NCBI GenBank assembly: GCA_003152105.1 | Contig: PLZJ01000002.1 | Location: 311,761 to 375,760, forward strand | DNA: 64,000 nucleotides | DNA from: Candidatus Levyibacteriota bacterium | Lineage (GTDB): Bacteria > Patescibacteriota > Microgenomatia > Levybacterales > UBA12049 | Reading direction: 5' to 3' | Part shown: one piece after another, positions 1 through 9,803 of the stretch | How the letters are laid out: every line of letters starts with the position of its first letter | Position numbering within the stretch: position 1 is the first letter of the stretch | Translations under genes and position numbers: made by a program | The notes under the pieces: generated by a model | What the model was told of the DNA's origin: nothing | What the model saw: only the letters and a program-made list of their open reading frames with translations | Databases searched by the model: none

Positions 1-2708
1 CATCTGATTTAAATGATTTATACAGAAGAGTTATAAATAGAAATAACAGATTAAGACATTTACTTTCCCTGGGAGCACCTGAAATTATACTTAGAAATGA
101 AAAAAGAATGCTTCAGGAAGCAGTTGATGCATTAATTGATGTATCTCAAAGAGGAACTCAAATTGCTTCTCCTCTTAGATCTCTTTCAGATATGCTTCGA
201 GGTAAACAAGGACGCTTTAGACAAAACTTACTTGGGAAAAGAGTAGATTACTCAGGAAGATCAGTCATCGTAGTTGGACCAGAACTTAAACTTACTGAAT
301 GTGGATTGCCAAAAGAAATGGCACTTGAAATGTTTAAACCATTTGTACTGCGTGAAGTTATAGTAAGAGGATACGCTCCAAATATTAAAAGTGCAAAAAG
401 ATATATTGAAAAAAGACCACCAGAAGTATTCGATATCTTAGAAGAGATTACAAAGAATCATCCAGTTCTTCTAAACCGTGCACCAACATTACATAAACTT
501 GGTATACAGGCATTTTTCCCTGTATTAATTGAAGGAGCAGCAATTGCTCTTCATCCTTGTGTTTGCGCTGGTTATAATGCTGACTTTGATGGTGACCAAA
601 TGGCAGTACATATTCCACTTTCTCAAAAAGCTCAGGAAGAAGCCATTGAACTCATGATGCCAAATAACAATTTATTGAAACCAGCAGATGGTTCTCCTAT
701 TACATTACCAAATAAAGAAATGGCACTTGGTATTTATTATTTAACGTCGATAAATAAATTAGCAGCAAAAGATAATGTTCCTACATTTTCAAATGAAGTT
801 GAAGCATTATTAGCTTGCCAGTTAGATAAAATCACTCTTAGAGAACCAGTAAATGTAAGATTAAGTATTGAAAGCAAAGAAATAGTTGAAACTTCTGTTG
901 GCCGTATTATGTTTAATGAACGATTACCAGAAAAAATGAGATTTATCAATTCTGCTATAAAATTCTCAAATATAAAACAAATTATTATGGATGCTATCAA
1001 AAAATTCTCTCCAGATGAAGTAACTATTCTCATTGACAACATTAAGTCGCTTGGATTCTATGGGGCAACATTATCTGGAGTTTCTGTATCAGTTTTTGAT
1101 AACAAAATTATCCCAGAAAAAGATACGTTACTTGCAAAAGCTGAAGAGCAAATAGTTAACATAGAAAATGAATATCAGACAGGACTTATAACAGATGAAG
1201 AAAGAAAGCGTCTTGAAAACGACGTGTGGCTCAAGACAACTGATACAATAGCTGATTTAACATGGGAATCGCTAGATGAAACAAATGTTGTACGAACAAT
1301 AATTGATTCAGGTGGAGCTCGTGCCGGGAAAGAACAATTAAAGCAATTGAGTGCAATTAGAGGTCTTATTTTGGATCCTCTTGGTAAAATTGTTGAACTT
1401 CCAATTAAATCTAATTTTAGACAAGGGCTTTCGATATTTGAATATGTTGCATCTGCAAGAGGGTCGAGAAAAGGACTTACCGACTCAGCATTAAAGACAG
1501 CAAATGCAGGATACTTAACGCGAAGGTTAGTCGATGCTTCTCATGATGTTATAGTTCTTTCTGAAGATTGTGAAACTACTGATGGAATTACTGTTTATGC
1601 TGAAGATAAGGATCGTGATTCATCGTTTACAGATAGAATTATCGGAAGATATCTAGCAATAGAGTTAAGTGGTAAAGGCAAGAAAGTACTTGGTAAAGCT
1701 GGCGAAGAAATTACTGAAGAACTAGCTAAAATTATCACAGAAAGCGGAGTTACTGAAGTACTTGTAAGATCTTCGTTGACGTGTAAATTATCATACGGTG
1801 TTTGCGCAAAATGTTATGGTTGGGATTTTTCAACAAAACAAAAAGTACAACAAGGAGTACCTGTTGGCGTAATGGCAGCTCAATCGATTGGAGAACCAGG
1901 AACACAGCTTACTATGCGAGTACGACATTTTGGGGGGGTTGTTATGAGTGACGTAACACAAGGATTACCTCGGGTGGAGGAGTTATTTGAAATGAGAACG
2001 CCTAAGAATCTTTCCCCAATTTCCGATATTACTGGTAAAGTAAAAATTGAGACTACAGAAGAAGGATATAAAATTCATATTAAAAATACTAAAATTAAAC
2101 CAATTGAAGAACGAGAATACTTTGTTCCATTAGCTGCAATGTTACGTGTAAAAGATGGCGATGAAATAGCTGCTGGATCTCCTCTTGCTGAGGGATACTT
2201 GGATCCAAAAGAAGTTCTTAAGGTCGGAGGACTACAAATGTCTCAAAGATACATAATCAATGAAGTCCAAAAAGTATATGAGTCACAAGGAATTGCTATT
2301 AACGATAAGCATTTTGAAGTAATAACTAAGAAAATGTCAGACAAAGTGTTAATTGAAACAATTGGTGATACGTCATTAATTCCAGGAGATTTTGTCACTA
2401 AAACCAAATTTGAAGAAATTAATGCAGAAGCATTATCTCAAGGCGGAGAACCTGCTACTGGAAGACAAGTTATCCTTGGTATTACTAAAACAGCTTTATT
2501 TTCAGATTCTTGGCTTAGCGCTTCATCATTCCAAGAAACAACTAAAGTACTTACTGAAGCAGCACTTGAAGGGAGGGAGGATAAGCTCATTGGTTTGAAG
2601 GAAAATGTTATTATTGGTCGACTTATTCCTGTAGATGGGAAAACCAGTGAGGTAATAGTTGAGGAATCTACGATGGCTGAATCTCCTGCTGTTGAGCTAG
2701 TAAATTAG
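1..2708 (+). CDS. rpoC: DNA-directed RNA polymerase subunit beta' (C-terminal about 900 aa; 5' end lies upstream of the window)
   Basis: The reading frame is open from position 3 and translates as [16 protein letters not shown]...[22 protein letters not shown]...[12 protein letters not shown], a classic beta' motif set. The track ORF 108..2708 is only the part after an internal Met. Stop TAG at 2706-2708. Confidence 0.95.
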   Translation, partial: SDLNDLYRRVINRNNRLRHLLSLGAPEIILRNEKRMLQEAVDALIDVSQRGTQIASPLRSLSDMLRGKQGRFRQNLLGKRVDYSGRSVIVVGPELKLTECGLPKEMALEMFKPFVLREVIVRGYAPNIKSAKRYIEKRPPEVFDILEEITKNHPVLLNRAPTLHKLGIQAFFPVLIEGAAIALHPCVCAGYNADFDGDQMAVHIPLSQKAQEEAIELMMPNNNLLKPADGSPITLPNKEMALGIYYLTSINKLAAKDNVPTFSNEVEALLACQLDKITLREPVNVRLSIESKEIVETSVGRIMFNERLPEKMRFINSAIKFSNIKQIIMDAIKKFSPDEVTILIDNIKSLGFYGATLSGVSVSVFDNKIIPEKDTLLAKAEEQIVNIENEYQTGLITDEERKRLENDVWLKTTDTIADLTWESLDETNVVRTIIDSGGARAGKEQLKQLSAIRGLILDPLGKIVELPIKSNFRQGLSIFEYVASARGSRKGLTDSALKTANAGYLTRRLVDASHDVIVLSEDCETTDGITVYAEDKDRDSSFTDRIIGRYLAIELSGKGKKVLGKAGEEITEELAKIITESGVTEVLVRSSLTCKLSYGVCAKCYGWDFSTKQKVQQGVPVGVMAAQSIGEPGTQLTMRVRHFGGVVMSDVTQGLPRVEELFEMRTPKNLSPISDITGKVKIETTEEGYKIHIKNTKIKPIEEREYFVPLAAMLRVKDGDEIAAGSPLAEGYLDPKEVLKVGGLQMSQRYIINEVQKVYESQGIAINDKHFEVITKKMSDKVLIETIGDTSLIPGDFVTKTKFEEINAEALSQGGEPATGRQVILGITKTALFSDSWLSASSFQETTKVLTEAALEGREDKLIGLKENVIIGRLIPVDGKTSEVIVEESTMAESPAVELVN

Positions 2709-2737
2709 CTCTATTCCTTCTTTTAAGCACAAAACTG

Positions 2738-2746
2738 TGCTATAAT
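2738..2746 (+). promoter_or_regulatory. extended -10 (TGcTATAAT) in front of rpsL, just after a 6-bp hairpin (AGCACA-aaac-TGTGCT, 2726-2741) that follows the rpoC stop
   Basis: The sequence tgtgctataat lies 20 nt upstream of the rpsL ATG. The hairpin has no U-tract, so it is likely a processing or partial termination site. Confidence 0.4.
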
Positions 2747-2765
2747 ACCAAAACATTTAGTTACT

Positions 2766-3191
2766 ATGCCAACTTTATCACAATTAGCCAAACGAGGAAG
2801 AAGTAGAAAAATTAAAAAAACAAGGTCGCTTGCAATGCGTCGTTTATTTAATGCTAAAGATAGAACATATACTAACGTAACAGCACCACAAAAAAGAGGT
2901 GTGGTAACGTTAGTTAAGACAATGACTCCAAAAAAGCCAAATTCAGCGCTCCGAAAAGTTGCTCGCGTAAAATTATCCAACAGAATGGAAGTTACCGCTT
3001 ATATTCAAGGAGTTGGTCATTCTTTATCTGAACACGGAATTGTGTTAGTTAGAGGTGGTAGAGTAAAGGATTTACCTGGAGTTAAATATCATATTGTCCG
3101 GGGTAAATACGACTTAGCAGGCGTAGAAAATAGGAAATCGTCAAGAAGTAAATATGGTACAAAAAAGCCAGGCGATTCCAAATCAGCATAA
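2766..3191 (+). CDS. rpsL: 30S ribosomal protein S12
   Basis: [35 protein letters not shown] signature. About 15 extra N-terminal residues compared with E. coli. Confidence 0.95.
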   Translation: MPTLSQLAKRGRSRKIKKTRSLAMRRLFNAKDRTYTNVTAPQKRGVVTLVKTMTPKKPNSALRKVARVKLSNRMEVTAYIQGVGHSLSEHGIVLVRGGRVKDLPGVKYHIVRGKYDLAGVENRKSSRSKYGTKKPGDSKSA

Positions 3192-3194
3192 TAT

Positions 3195-3668
3195 ATGAGA
3201 CATAAAAAGGTAATTAAAAGACAAGTAGATGCAGATGAGATATATAATAGTGTTCTTGTCACAAAATTTATTAATAATTTAATGCGTCATGGTAAAAAAA
3301 CCGTCGCACAAAGCGTTGTGTATGGTGCATTCGATATTTTAAAAGAAAAAGGGCATGAACCATTAGAGACATTTGAAAAAGCTCTTCAAAATGTTGCTCC
3401 TAAACAGGAAGTAATTGCAAGACGAGTTGGAGGTGCTTCATATCAAGTGCCACAACCAGTTAAAGCAGAAAGAAGAATCTCTCTTTCGATGCGTTGGATA
3501 CTAGACGCAGCCAAAAAGCGACCCAGCAAAGAACACCATACTTTTAAAGAAAAATTAGCAACTGAATTTTTAGCCGCATTAAACAATGAAGGTGAAGCAG
3601 TAAGAAAGAAAGATATAATGCATAAGCAGGCAGAAGCTAACCGTGCATTCACTCATTTTAGATTTTAA
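3195..3668 (+). CDS. rpsG: 30S ribosomal protein S7
   Basis: Has ...LMRHGKK..A..VY.A.D.. and ARRVGGASYQVP motifs. Lies 4 nt after rpsL. Confidence 0.95.
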   Translation: MRHKKVIKRQVDADEIYNSVLVTKFINNLMRHGKKTVAQSVVYGAFDILKEKGHEPLETFEKALQNVAPKQEVIARRVGGASYQVPQPVKAERRISLSMRWILDAAKKRPSKEHHTFKEKLATEFLAALNNEGEAVRKKDIMHKQAEANRAFTHFRF

Positions 3669-3690
3669 TTCCTTTTGATATACTTATACT

Positions 3691-3888
3691 ATGGCTGATT
3701 CTAATAAAGCTGTCCCTAGTGGACCAGCTGTTAAAACATCTGCTAAAGATCAACTATATATGTTGGTTGCTGCAATCTTTGGGTTACTTTTTATCGTTAT
3801 TGTGTTGTATGTATTTGGTGGTAAAATCGTACAAAGTCATATTGGAACTCTACTTAAAAATTCTTTCACCTTTCCCCGCTTACACTAA
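3691..3888 (+). CDS. small hydrophobic protein (65 aa, one predicted TM helix); it sits where fusA would be expected
   Basis: ORF with a hydrophobic core LYMLVAAIFGLLFIVIVLYVFGG, directly downstream of rpsG. No recognisable family. Confidence 0.3.
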   Translation: MADSNKAVPSGPAVKTSAKDQLYMLVAAIFGLLFIVIVLYVFGGKIVQSHIGTLLKNSFTFPRLH

Positions 3889-3903
3889 ATTTTCTTATAT
3901 TTG

Positions 3904-4563
3904 TTATTGTATTTGGATGTTTTCTATTTTATCTCCTACTTGAATCTTGTTCACAACATCCATGCCTTGGGTTACAATTCCATAATTAGTATATTTACCA
4001 TCTAGCCAATCAGCATTTTGTTTAACTATAAAAAATTGGTCATCATTTTGATATTTCCCATCACCTAAGCTTGCTTGACCAAGTGATCCCACAACAAATG
4101 GTTTAGTATTAAATTCAACTGGCATGTTCGTATCTCCACCTGTGCCATCGCCCTTAGGGTCACCGCCTTGTATTACCCAGTCTTCAACTCTATGGAAAGT
4201 TAACCCATTATAGAAACCACTTAGTGATTTATTGATAAAGTTTACTACGGTATTTGGCGCATCTTGTTTGTCAAGTTGGATAACAATGATGCCTTTGCTT
4301 GTGGTAATTGTTGCAATGCCTTGTATGTCGTTTAATGTTAATTGTTTAGGAGTTGGTGAAGGGCTTGCTTGCTGTGATTGTAATTGAGATGGGTTTGAGT
4401 TAGTTTGAGTTGGAGATAAAAAGCTAATTCCCGGAGTTGGTGATGGAGTTAAAATACTCGAAAAATTGCTTGAAGAAGGAGAGCTATGATTGTTTTCTAC
4501 AAATATTATTCCAATTGCAAGTAATAATGCAATAAATAAAATGTAAAAAATATTTTTACTCAT
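3904..4563 (-). CDS. secreted cyclophilin-type peptidyl-prolyl cis-trans isomerase with an S/P/T/Q-rich linker
   Basis: Cyclophilin motifs FHRV..W.IQGGDP.GDGTGG ... FF. N-terminal hydrophobic signal/anchor followed by a low-complexity SPSPTP linker. Confidence 0.8.
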   Translation of the reverse strand: MSKNIFYILFIALLLAIGIIFVENNHSSPSSSNFSSILTPSPTPGISFLSPTQTNSNPSQLQSQQASPSPTPKQLTLNDIQGIATITTSKGIIVIQLDKQDAPNTVVNFINKSLSGFYNGLTFHRVEDWVIQGGDPKGDGTGGDTNMPVEFNTKPFVVGSLGQASLGDGKYQNDDQFFIVKQNADWLDGKYTNYGIVTQGMDVVNKIQVGDKIENIQIQ

Positions 4564-4568
4564 AGGTT

Positions 4569-5630
4569 ATGTTAAGTTATTTTACCAGTTTAGCCTTACA
4601 AGTCAAGAATAGATTCTCATGGTATAATAGCTTCATGTTTCAAACACTGCTCATACTTTTGTTACTGTGCATACCAACAATCCTTCTTATCTTACTTTAT
4701 AGAAAGATTTCCCAATTAAAGCAATCTGAGAACGATAAAACTTTATTTGAATGGCTCAAATCAATGCAGCAGTCAATGGATATTACTTCATCGTCAATGG
4801 TAAAAACGCTACAAGAGAATTCAAGGCAATTAAACGAAAGACTCGAAAAAGCTGCTGAAGCGATGTCGAACGTTGGAAAAGAAGTTGGTCAAATGAACGA
4901 AATTGGTAGAAACATGAGGGAACTTCAAGAATTTCTTAAAAGTCCAAAATTACGAGGCAATATAGGAGAGCAAGTGTTAAAAGATTTAATTTCTCAAATA
5001 TTTCCTAAAAACAGTTTCTATTTACAATATCAGTTTAAATCAGGTGAACGCGTAGATGCAGCCATAAAGACAGATGCCGGCATTTTATGTATTGACTCGA
5101 AATTTCCTATGGAAAACTTTCAAAAATTATCAAAATCAAAAAACGAACTAGAAAAAACTCAATATCAAAAAGAATTTGTCCGAGATATCAAAGTACACAT
5201 AGACTCAATTGCAAAAAAATATATTTTACCTATTGAAGGAACTATGGATTTTGCCCTTATGTATGTGCCTAGTGAATCAGTATATTATGAAATAATAAAT
5301 ATTTCTGAAATTATGGAATTCGCAAAACAAAAAAGAATTTATATAGTATCCCCAAGTACATTATATGCGCATCTACAAGTTATATTACTTTCTTTTGAAG
5401 GGAAAAAGATTGAACAACAATCTAAGGAAGTGTTTATCTTATTAAGAGCACTGCAAATTGATTACTCAAAAGTTAACGACTCCTTAGATATTATGGGTAA
5501 GCATTTAAGAAATGCTAATGAACAATTTACAAATGTTAAAGCAAATCATGCATCACTTGGTAGTAAGCTGAGTTCTATTCATCATCTGGAGTCAACTATT
5601 GAAAAAAAGGCAATAGATGAGAAAAAGTAA
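4569..5630 (+). CDS. rmuC: DNA recombination protein RmuC family (likely true start ATG 4635; N-terminal TM helix)
   Basis: N-terminal TM, coiled coil, then the RmuC C-terminal region (IDSKFPMENF..., MYVPSESVYYE). TGGTATAAT at 4619-4627 sits 7 nt before ATG 4635, which suggests a leaderless mRNA. Confidence 0.75.
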   Translation: MLSYFTSLALQVKNRFSWYNSFMFQTLLILLLLCIPTILLILLYRKISQLKQSENDKTLFEWLKSMQQSMDITSSSMVKTLQENSRQLNERLEKAAEAMSNVGKEVGQMNEIGRNMRELQEFLKSPKLRGNIGEQVLKDLISQIFPKNSFYLQYQFKSGERVDAAIKTDAGILCIDSKFPMENFQKLSKSKNELEKTQYQKEFVRDIKVHIDSIAKKYILPIEGTMDFALMYVPSESVYYEIINISEIMEFAKQKRIYIVSPSTLYAHLQVILLSFEGKKIEQQSKEVFILLRALQIDYSKVNDSLDIMGKHLRNANEQFTNVKANHASLGSKLSSIHHLESTIEKKAIDEKK

Positions 5631-6329
5631 TTAATATCCACTAAAAACTTCAATTTGAACATTGTCATTTTTCAAATCTAGTGTGCTTACTAACTCTTCC
5701 ATTGCAATAGTCATTTTAAGTGGTCCAACAATCATTATTTTATCAATTTGTTTAACATCGAGATATTTATTTATTAGATTTGTGGTGATTCTACCTCTTT
5801 CTCCGTCCCATGATTTGTCTTCTGATTGATTAGTAATTGTATAAATTATTTTTATATTACTATGTCGTTTAGCTATATTCTGCAGTACATCAAAATATAC
5901 AACTTCATTGCTCTCTGTAAAGGATACAAATAAATATAAATTATTAGATAGTTTTTTATTAGCAGCATAAGTTATCATGCTGTGGAATGGGGTAACTCCA
6001 ATTCCTCCAGCTAAGAATAACTGATTGGCTGCATTTGTATCTAATGTAAACTCTCCGAAGGGTCCTTTATAAGAAATTTTCTCATTTGCAGAAAGCTTAA
6101 AAAGCCTATTTTTAAATGGACTCTTATTATTTACTTTTGTAGTTATCGTAATATATTTTTTTTCACTAGGTGAGGAGCTAATTGTAAATGAGTAAGTTGG
6201 AAGTGTGATAGTCTTTTCCTTTAAATGTAGCGAAATATATTGACCAGGTTTATACAAAAAAAAACTTTCTCTTTTAAAATAAAACTCAAAAGTATCATGA
6301 GAAAGTTTAACCTTTTTTACAAATTGCAA
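5631..6329 (-). CDS. FNR-type oxidoreductase (FAD-binding plus NAD(P)-binding domains; PyrK / ferredoxin-reductase-like)
   Basis: PGQYISLHL ... TYSFTISS (R/PxYS-type FAD motif) and LAGGIGVTPFHSMI (NAD-binding glycine motif). Confidence 0.6.
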   Translation of the reverse strand: MQFVKKVKLSHDTFEFYFKRESFFLYKPGQYISLHLKEKTITLPTYSFTISSSPSEKKYITITTKVNNKSPFKNRLFKLSANEKISYKGPFGEFTLDTNAANQLFLAGGIGVTPFHSMITYAANKKLSNNLYLFVSFTESNEVVYFDVLQNIAKRHSNIKIIYTITNQSEDKSWDGERGRITTNLINKYLDVKQIDKIMIVGPLKMTIAMEELVSTLDLKNDNVQIEVFSGY

Positions 6330-6505
6330 ATATAAGTTATCAGTTTTAGTTTTAATAAATGATAGTATAACAAAGTTATCTTATCCAATAATGACTAATA
6401 TTACTTGTAGGGATGAATTAGAATATGTTACACTAGTTTACCAAGAATACGCTTCTCTAGAATGAGTTTATTCAAGATAAAGATACACATACAGCATGTT
6501 GTAAT

Positions 6506-9412
6506 ATGAATGAGGATAGTATTGTTTTAAATTCCGCGCAAATTAGTGCAATTACTCATGGTGAAGGACCATTACTTATCATAGCTGGAGCTGGGACCGG
6601 TAAGACTACTGTAATTACTGAAAGAATAAAATATTTAGTATTAGAGAAAAATATATTGCCAAAAAATATCTTGGCATTGACCTTTACTGAAAAATCAGCA
6701 GTAGAAATGACAGAGCGTATTGATAGCGTAATGCCGTACGGGTATACGCAAATGGCAATTTCCACATTCCATTCCTTTTGTGACCAAGTATTAAGAGCAG
6801 AAGCAATTCATATAGGTTTAAATCCAGATTATAGATTGGTTAGCGAGGCGGAATTAGTGTTATTTCTACAAAAAAACATAATTAAATTACAACTAGATTA
6901 CTTTATGCCACTTGGAAATCCTACCAAATTCTTGCAGAGCCTACTCCAGCACTTTAGTAGACTAAGAGACGAAGATATTTCGCCAAATGATTACTTGGAG
7001 TACGCTTCAAAAATTTCTAAAGAAAAAACTCTTGAAGTGGATGAGATAAGAAAGATACACGAATTGGCCAGAGCTTACGATGAGTTCGAAAAGTTGAAAA
7101 TTAAAGAAAGCATTATGGATTTTTCAAACTTGATATCTTCAACGCTACTTCTATTTAGAACAAGGAAAAACGTGCTTAAAAAATATCAAGAACTACATAC
7201 ATATATCTTAGTTGATGAATATCAAGATACGAACTACGCACAGAATCAACTTGCGTTGTTGCTTGCAGGAAAAAGAAAAAATATAACAGTGGTTGGAGAC
7301 GATGATCAGGCTATTTATAGATGGAGAGGGGCGGCTATAGCAAATATGCTAGCTTTTAGAAAAACATATCCAGAAGCTAAGGTAATATCATTAATTGAAA
7401 ACTATCGTAGTAGCAAAGAAATTCTTAATGCGGCTTATTCGTTAATTCAAAATAATAACCCAAATAGGTTAGAAGTGAGAGAAAATATCAATAAGAAACT
7501 AGTAGCGGCGAATAAACTAGCTGCTGAGAAGGTAACATTAATATTTGAAGAAAATAATGAAGACGAGGCAGATGCTGTAGCAAAGACTATATTAGACCTG
7601 GTGTCTAAAAAGAAATATTCATTTATAGATATTGCTCTATTAGTTCGCGCAAATGATCATGCTATTGCATTTACAAGATCTTTTGAAAGATTGGGAATAC
7701 CTTATCAATTTTTAGGTCCTACCCAGCTATTTCTGCAAGATGAAATAAGAGATTTGATAGCATATCTACAATTACTACACGATTTTGAAGATTCGATTGC
7801 CGTATATAGAGTATTAACGATGCCACAATTTTCAATATTACCAAAAGATATAGCCTTGCTGTTAAATTATGCTAAAAGAAATAATTATTCTCTGTTTGAA
7901 ACCTTAGAGCATATATCTGAACTCTCCTTAACGCAGTCGTCTAAGGATAAAATACAAGAATTATTGGATAATATTAAAAAGCATTTATCATTAGTTCCAA
8001 AAGAAACGGCGGGTCAAATATTATATAAATTTTTAGTATCAAGTGGATTATTACAATCTTTTGCTAGCCAAAGTTCTCAAGTCGATGAAGTGAAAGTCAA
8101 AAATATTGCTACCTTTTTTGATAAGTTAAAACATTTTGAAACTGAATTTAATGACGCTTCGGTTCATGGGGTTGTAAACTACATTTCTTTATTAGCAGAG
8201 TTGGGAGATAATACATCAACTGAAAATAATTTAGAGCAAAACATGGGAGTTTCAATTTTAACAGTCCATGCTAGTAAAGGATTAGAGTTTCCCGTTGTTT
8301 TTTTGGTTAATTTAGTATCAGAGCGATTTCCTACAAGGCAACGTAGTGAAACTATTCCAATTCCTCAAGAATTTATTAAAGAAGAATTACCTGAGGGGGA
8401 TTATCACTTACAAGAAGAACGCAGACTTTTTTATGTCGGGATGACAAGAGCAAAAAATAAATTATATTTAACTGGGGCAAAATACTATGGACAAGGTAAG
8501 CGTGAAAAAAAACTCTCACCGTATGTTTATGAAGTTTTAAGTAAGAGTGATATCGACGAGGCAATGTTAAAAAATGACAAAAATGATGATCAATTATCGC
8601 TTTTTAATTGGAGTAATATAAGTAGCAAAAATGAGTTGAATGTATCTCAGACTTATCAAAAGTTTCCGATAACATATTTATCATATTCACAAATACAAAC
8701 ATATGATATGTGCCCTTTGCATTATAAGTTGAAATACATATTAAAAATTCCTGTAATTAAATTATTTCCAGCTCCCAGTTTCGGAACTAGCATTCATGAG
8801 ACATTAAGGAAATTTTACCAAGCTGTTCTTGATGGGGAAGAAGGCAGTGTCGAACTAGCACTTTCAATACTTGAAAAGTCTTGGAGTCATCTTGGATATG
8901 AAAGTCGCGACCATGAAAAAAAAGCGTACGAAAGAGCAGTACATGTTATTAAACAATATGTAATAAATAACTTTGACGAGAATAATCTTCCTTTAAGTCT
9001 AGAAACACCCTTTATTTTTGGTGTTAAGGGATTGAAAATAGGTGGTCGTATCGATAGAGTTGATAAGACATCAGACGGGAAAATTGAAATTATTGATTAT
9101 AAGACAGGAAATAATATTCCAACACAAAGTGCGGTAGACAACAATTTACAACTAACAATTTACGCCTTAGCTGCAACAAAATTAAAAGATGCGCTTTTTA
9201 ATAAATCGTCAAGTGATATTGTATTAACGTTGCATTTCGTTGAACAAGACATAAAATTAACAACTACTAGAACGCAAACGGCGTTGGATGAAGCAGAAAA
9301 AATTCTCCAGGAAAAAGCAATTGAAATTGCAAAAAGTGATTTCCAGTGTTCCAAAAGCATATTTTGTAAATCATGTGAATATTCTTTACTCTGTTTTTCT
9401 CAAAGCACCTAA
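6506..9412 (+). CDS. single-polypeptide ATP-dependent helicase-nuclease: UvrD/PcrA-type SF1 helicase fused to a C-terminal PD-(D/E)xK Cas4/AddB-like nuclease with four Cys (likely Fe-S)
   Basis: N-terminal SAQISAI...AGAGTGKTTVITERI (Walker A, UvrD motif I), DEYQDTN (II), VGDDDQAIYRWRGA, HASKGLEFPVVF, YVGMTRAK (VI). C-terminal IDRVDK...IEIIDYKTG (nuclease motifs II-III) plus Cys at MCPLHYK and C-x6-C-x2-C-x5-C at the extreme C-terminus. Confidence 0.85.
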   Translation: MNEDSIVLNSAQISAITHGEGPLLIIAGAGTGKTTVITERIKYLVLEKNILPKNILALTFTEKSAVEMTERIDSVMPYGYTQMAISTFHSFCDQVLRAEAIHIGLNPDYRLVSEAELVLFLQKNIIKLQLDYFMPLGNPTKFLQSLLQHFSRLRDEDISPNDYLEYASKISKEKTLEVDEIRKIHELARAYDEFEKLKIKESIMDFSNLISSTLLLFRTRKNVLKKYQELHTYILVDEYQDTNYAQNQLALLLAGKRKNITVVGDDDQAIYRWRGAAIANMLAFRKTYPEAKVISLIENYRSSKEILNAAYSLIQNNNPNRLEVRENINKKLVAANKLAAEKVTLIFEENNEDEADAVAKTILDLVSKKKYSFIDIALLVRANDHAIAFTRSFERLGIPYQFLGPTQLFLQDEIRDLIAYLQLLHDFEDSIAVYRVLTMPQFSILPKDIALLLNYAKRNNYSLFETLEHISELSLTQSSKDKIQELLDNIKKHLSLVPKETAGQILYKFLVSSGLLQSFASQSSQVDEVKVKNIATFFDKLKHFETEFNDASVHGVVNYISLLAELGDNTSTENNLEQNMGVSILTVHASKGLEFPVVFLVNLVSERFPTRQRSETIPIPQEFIKEELPEGDYHLQEERRLFYVGMTRAKNKLYLTGAKYYGQGKREKKLSPYVYEVLSKSDIDEAMLKNDKNDDQLSLFNWSNISSKNELNVSQTYQKFPITYLSYSQIQTYDMCPLHYKLKYILKIPVIKLFPAPSFGTSIHETLRKFYQAVLDGEEGSVELALSILEKSWSHLGYESRDHEKKAYERAVHVIKQYVINNFDENNLPLSLETPFIFGVKGLKIGGRIDRVDKTSDGKIEIIDYKTGNNIPTQSAVDNNLQLTIYALAATKLKDALFNKSSSDIVLTLHFVEQDIKLTTTRTQTALDEAEKILQEKAIEIAKSDFQCSKSIFCKSCEYSLLCFSQST

Positions 9413-9413
9413 A

Positions 9414-9442
9414 TTGACTTATAGTTATTTGCATGTTATACT
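9414..9442 (+). promoter_or_regulatory. sigma70-type promoter for the RNase P RNA (TTGACT-17 nt-TATACT)
   Basis: TTGACT at 9414-9419, a 17-nt spacer, then TATACT at 9437-9442. The predicted transcript start (about 9450) coincides with the 5' strand of the RNase P P1 helix. Confidence 0.5.
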
Positions 9443-9450
9443 TATTTTGA

Positions 9451-9803
9451 TCCTAGGAGATAGTTTCGCTACGGTTAACTTCATGTTAATCGAGGAAAGT
9501 CCAGACAGGTGTAAGGCTAGGGATGGAGCAAACGCTCTGACTAGTAATAGCTGGTGTTTAAGTTCTTTACCCACATGTGGAACTTAGAACAGATTGTGAA
9601 TTGACACAATTTGAGAGCAACAGAGACGAGTGGGTGTGAAACGGGCAATCCTACCTACTGCAACCTCCGATTAGTACGTTATTATTTGCTTTACAAGAGT
9701 ACTAAGGTTCGAGGGCAACCGCTTAAAGGCGGTCAGGATGATATAAATAGCATCGTGAGATAGATTGCGATTAAAACAGAATCTGGCTTACTCATTTCCT
9801 AGG
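9451..9803 (+). ncRNA. rnpB: RNase P RNA, bacterial type A-like (about 350 nt)
   Basis: Universal P4 sequences are present: GAGGAAAGTCCAGAC (about 9482) and ACAGAATCTGGCTTA (about 9776). The CCAGA/TCTGG change from the E. coli CCGGG/CCCGG is compensatory. GCAACAGAGACGAG matches GCAACAGAGAGCAA of M1 RNA. The P1 helix pairs tcctaggagat (9451-) with atttcctagga (-9803) and is followed by a T-run. An upstream promoter is present. No ORF of 60 aa or more is credible here. Confidence 0.82.

Noticed and set aside
737-1042. Antisense or overlapping short ORFs inside clearly assigned genes. Examples: 737..1042, 2392..2598, 11014..11256, 19094..19384, 24267..24632, 33161..33370, 34878..35216, 42039..42612, 52515..52838, 58186..58965.
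   Set aside because: Each lies wholly within a gene identified by strong conserved motifs on the other strand or frame. None has a recognisable domain. They are treated as spurious.
9288-9587. A 99-aa ORF spanning the 3' end of the helicase gene and the 5' part of the RNase P RNA.
   Set aside because: The region is explained by the helicase coding sequence followed by a structured RNA gene with its own promoter. The ORF is a by-product of the GC-richer RNA sequence.
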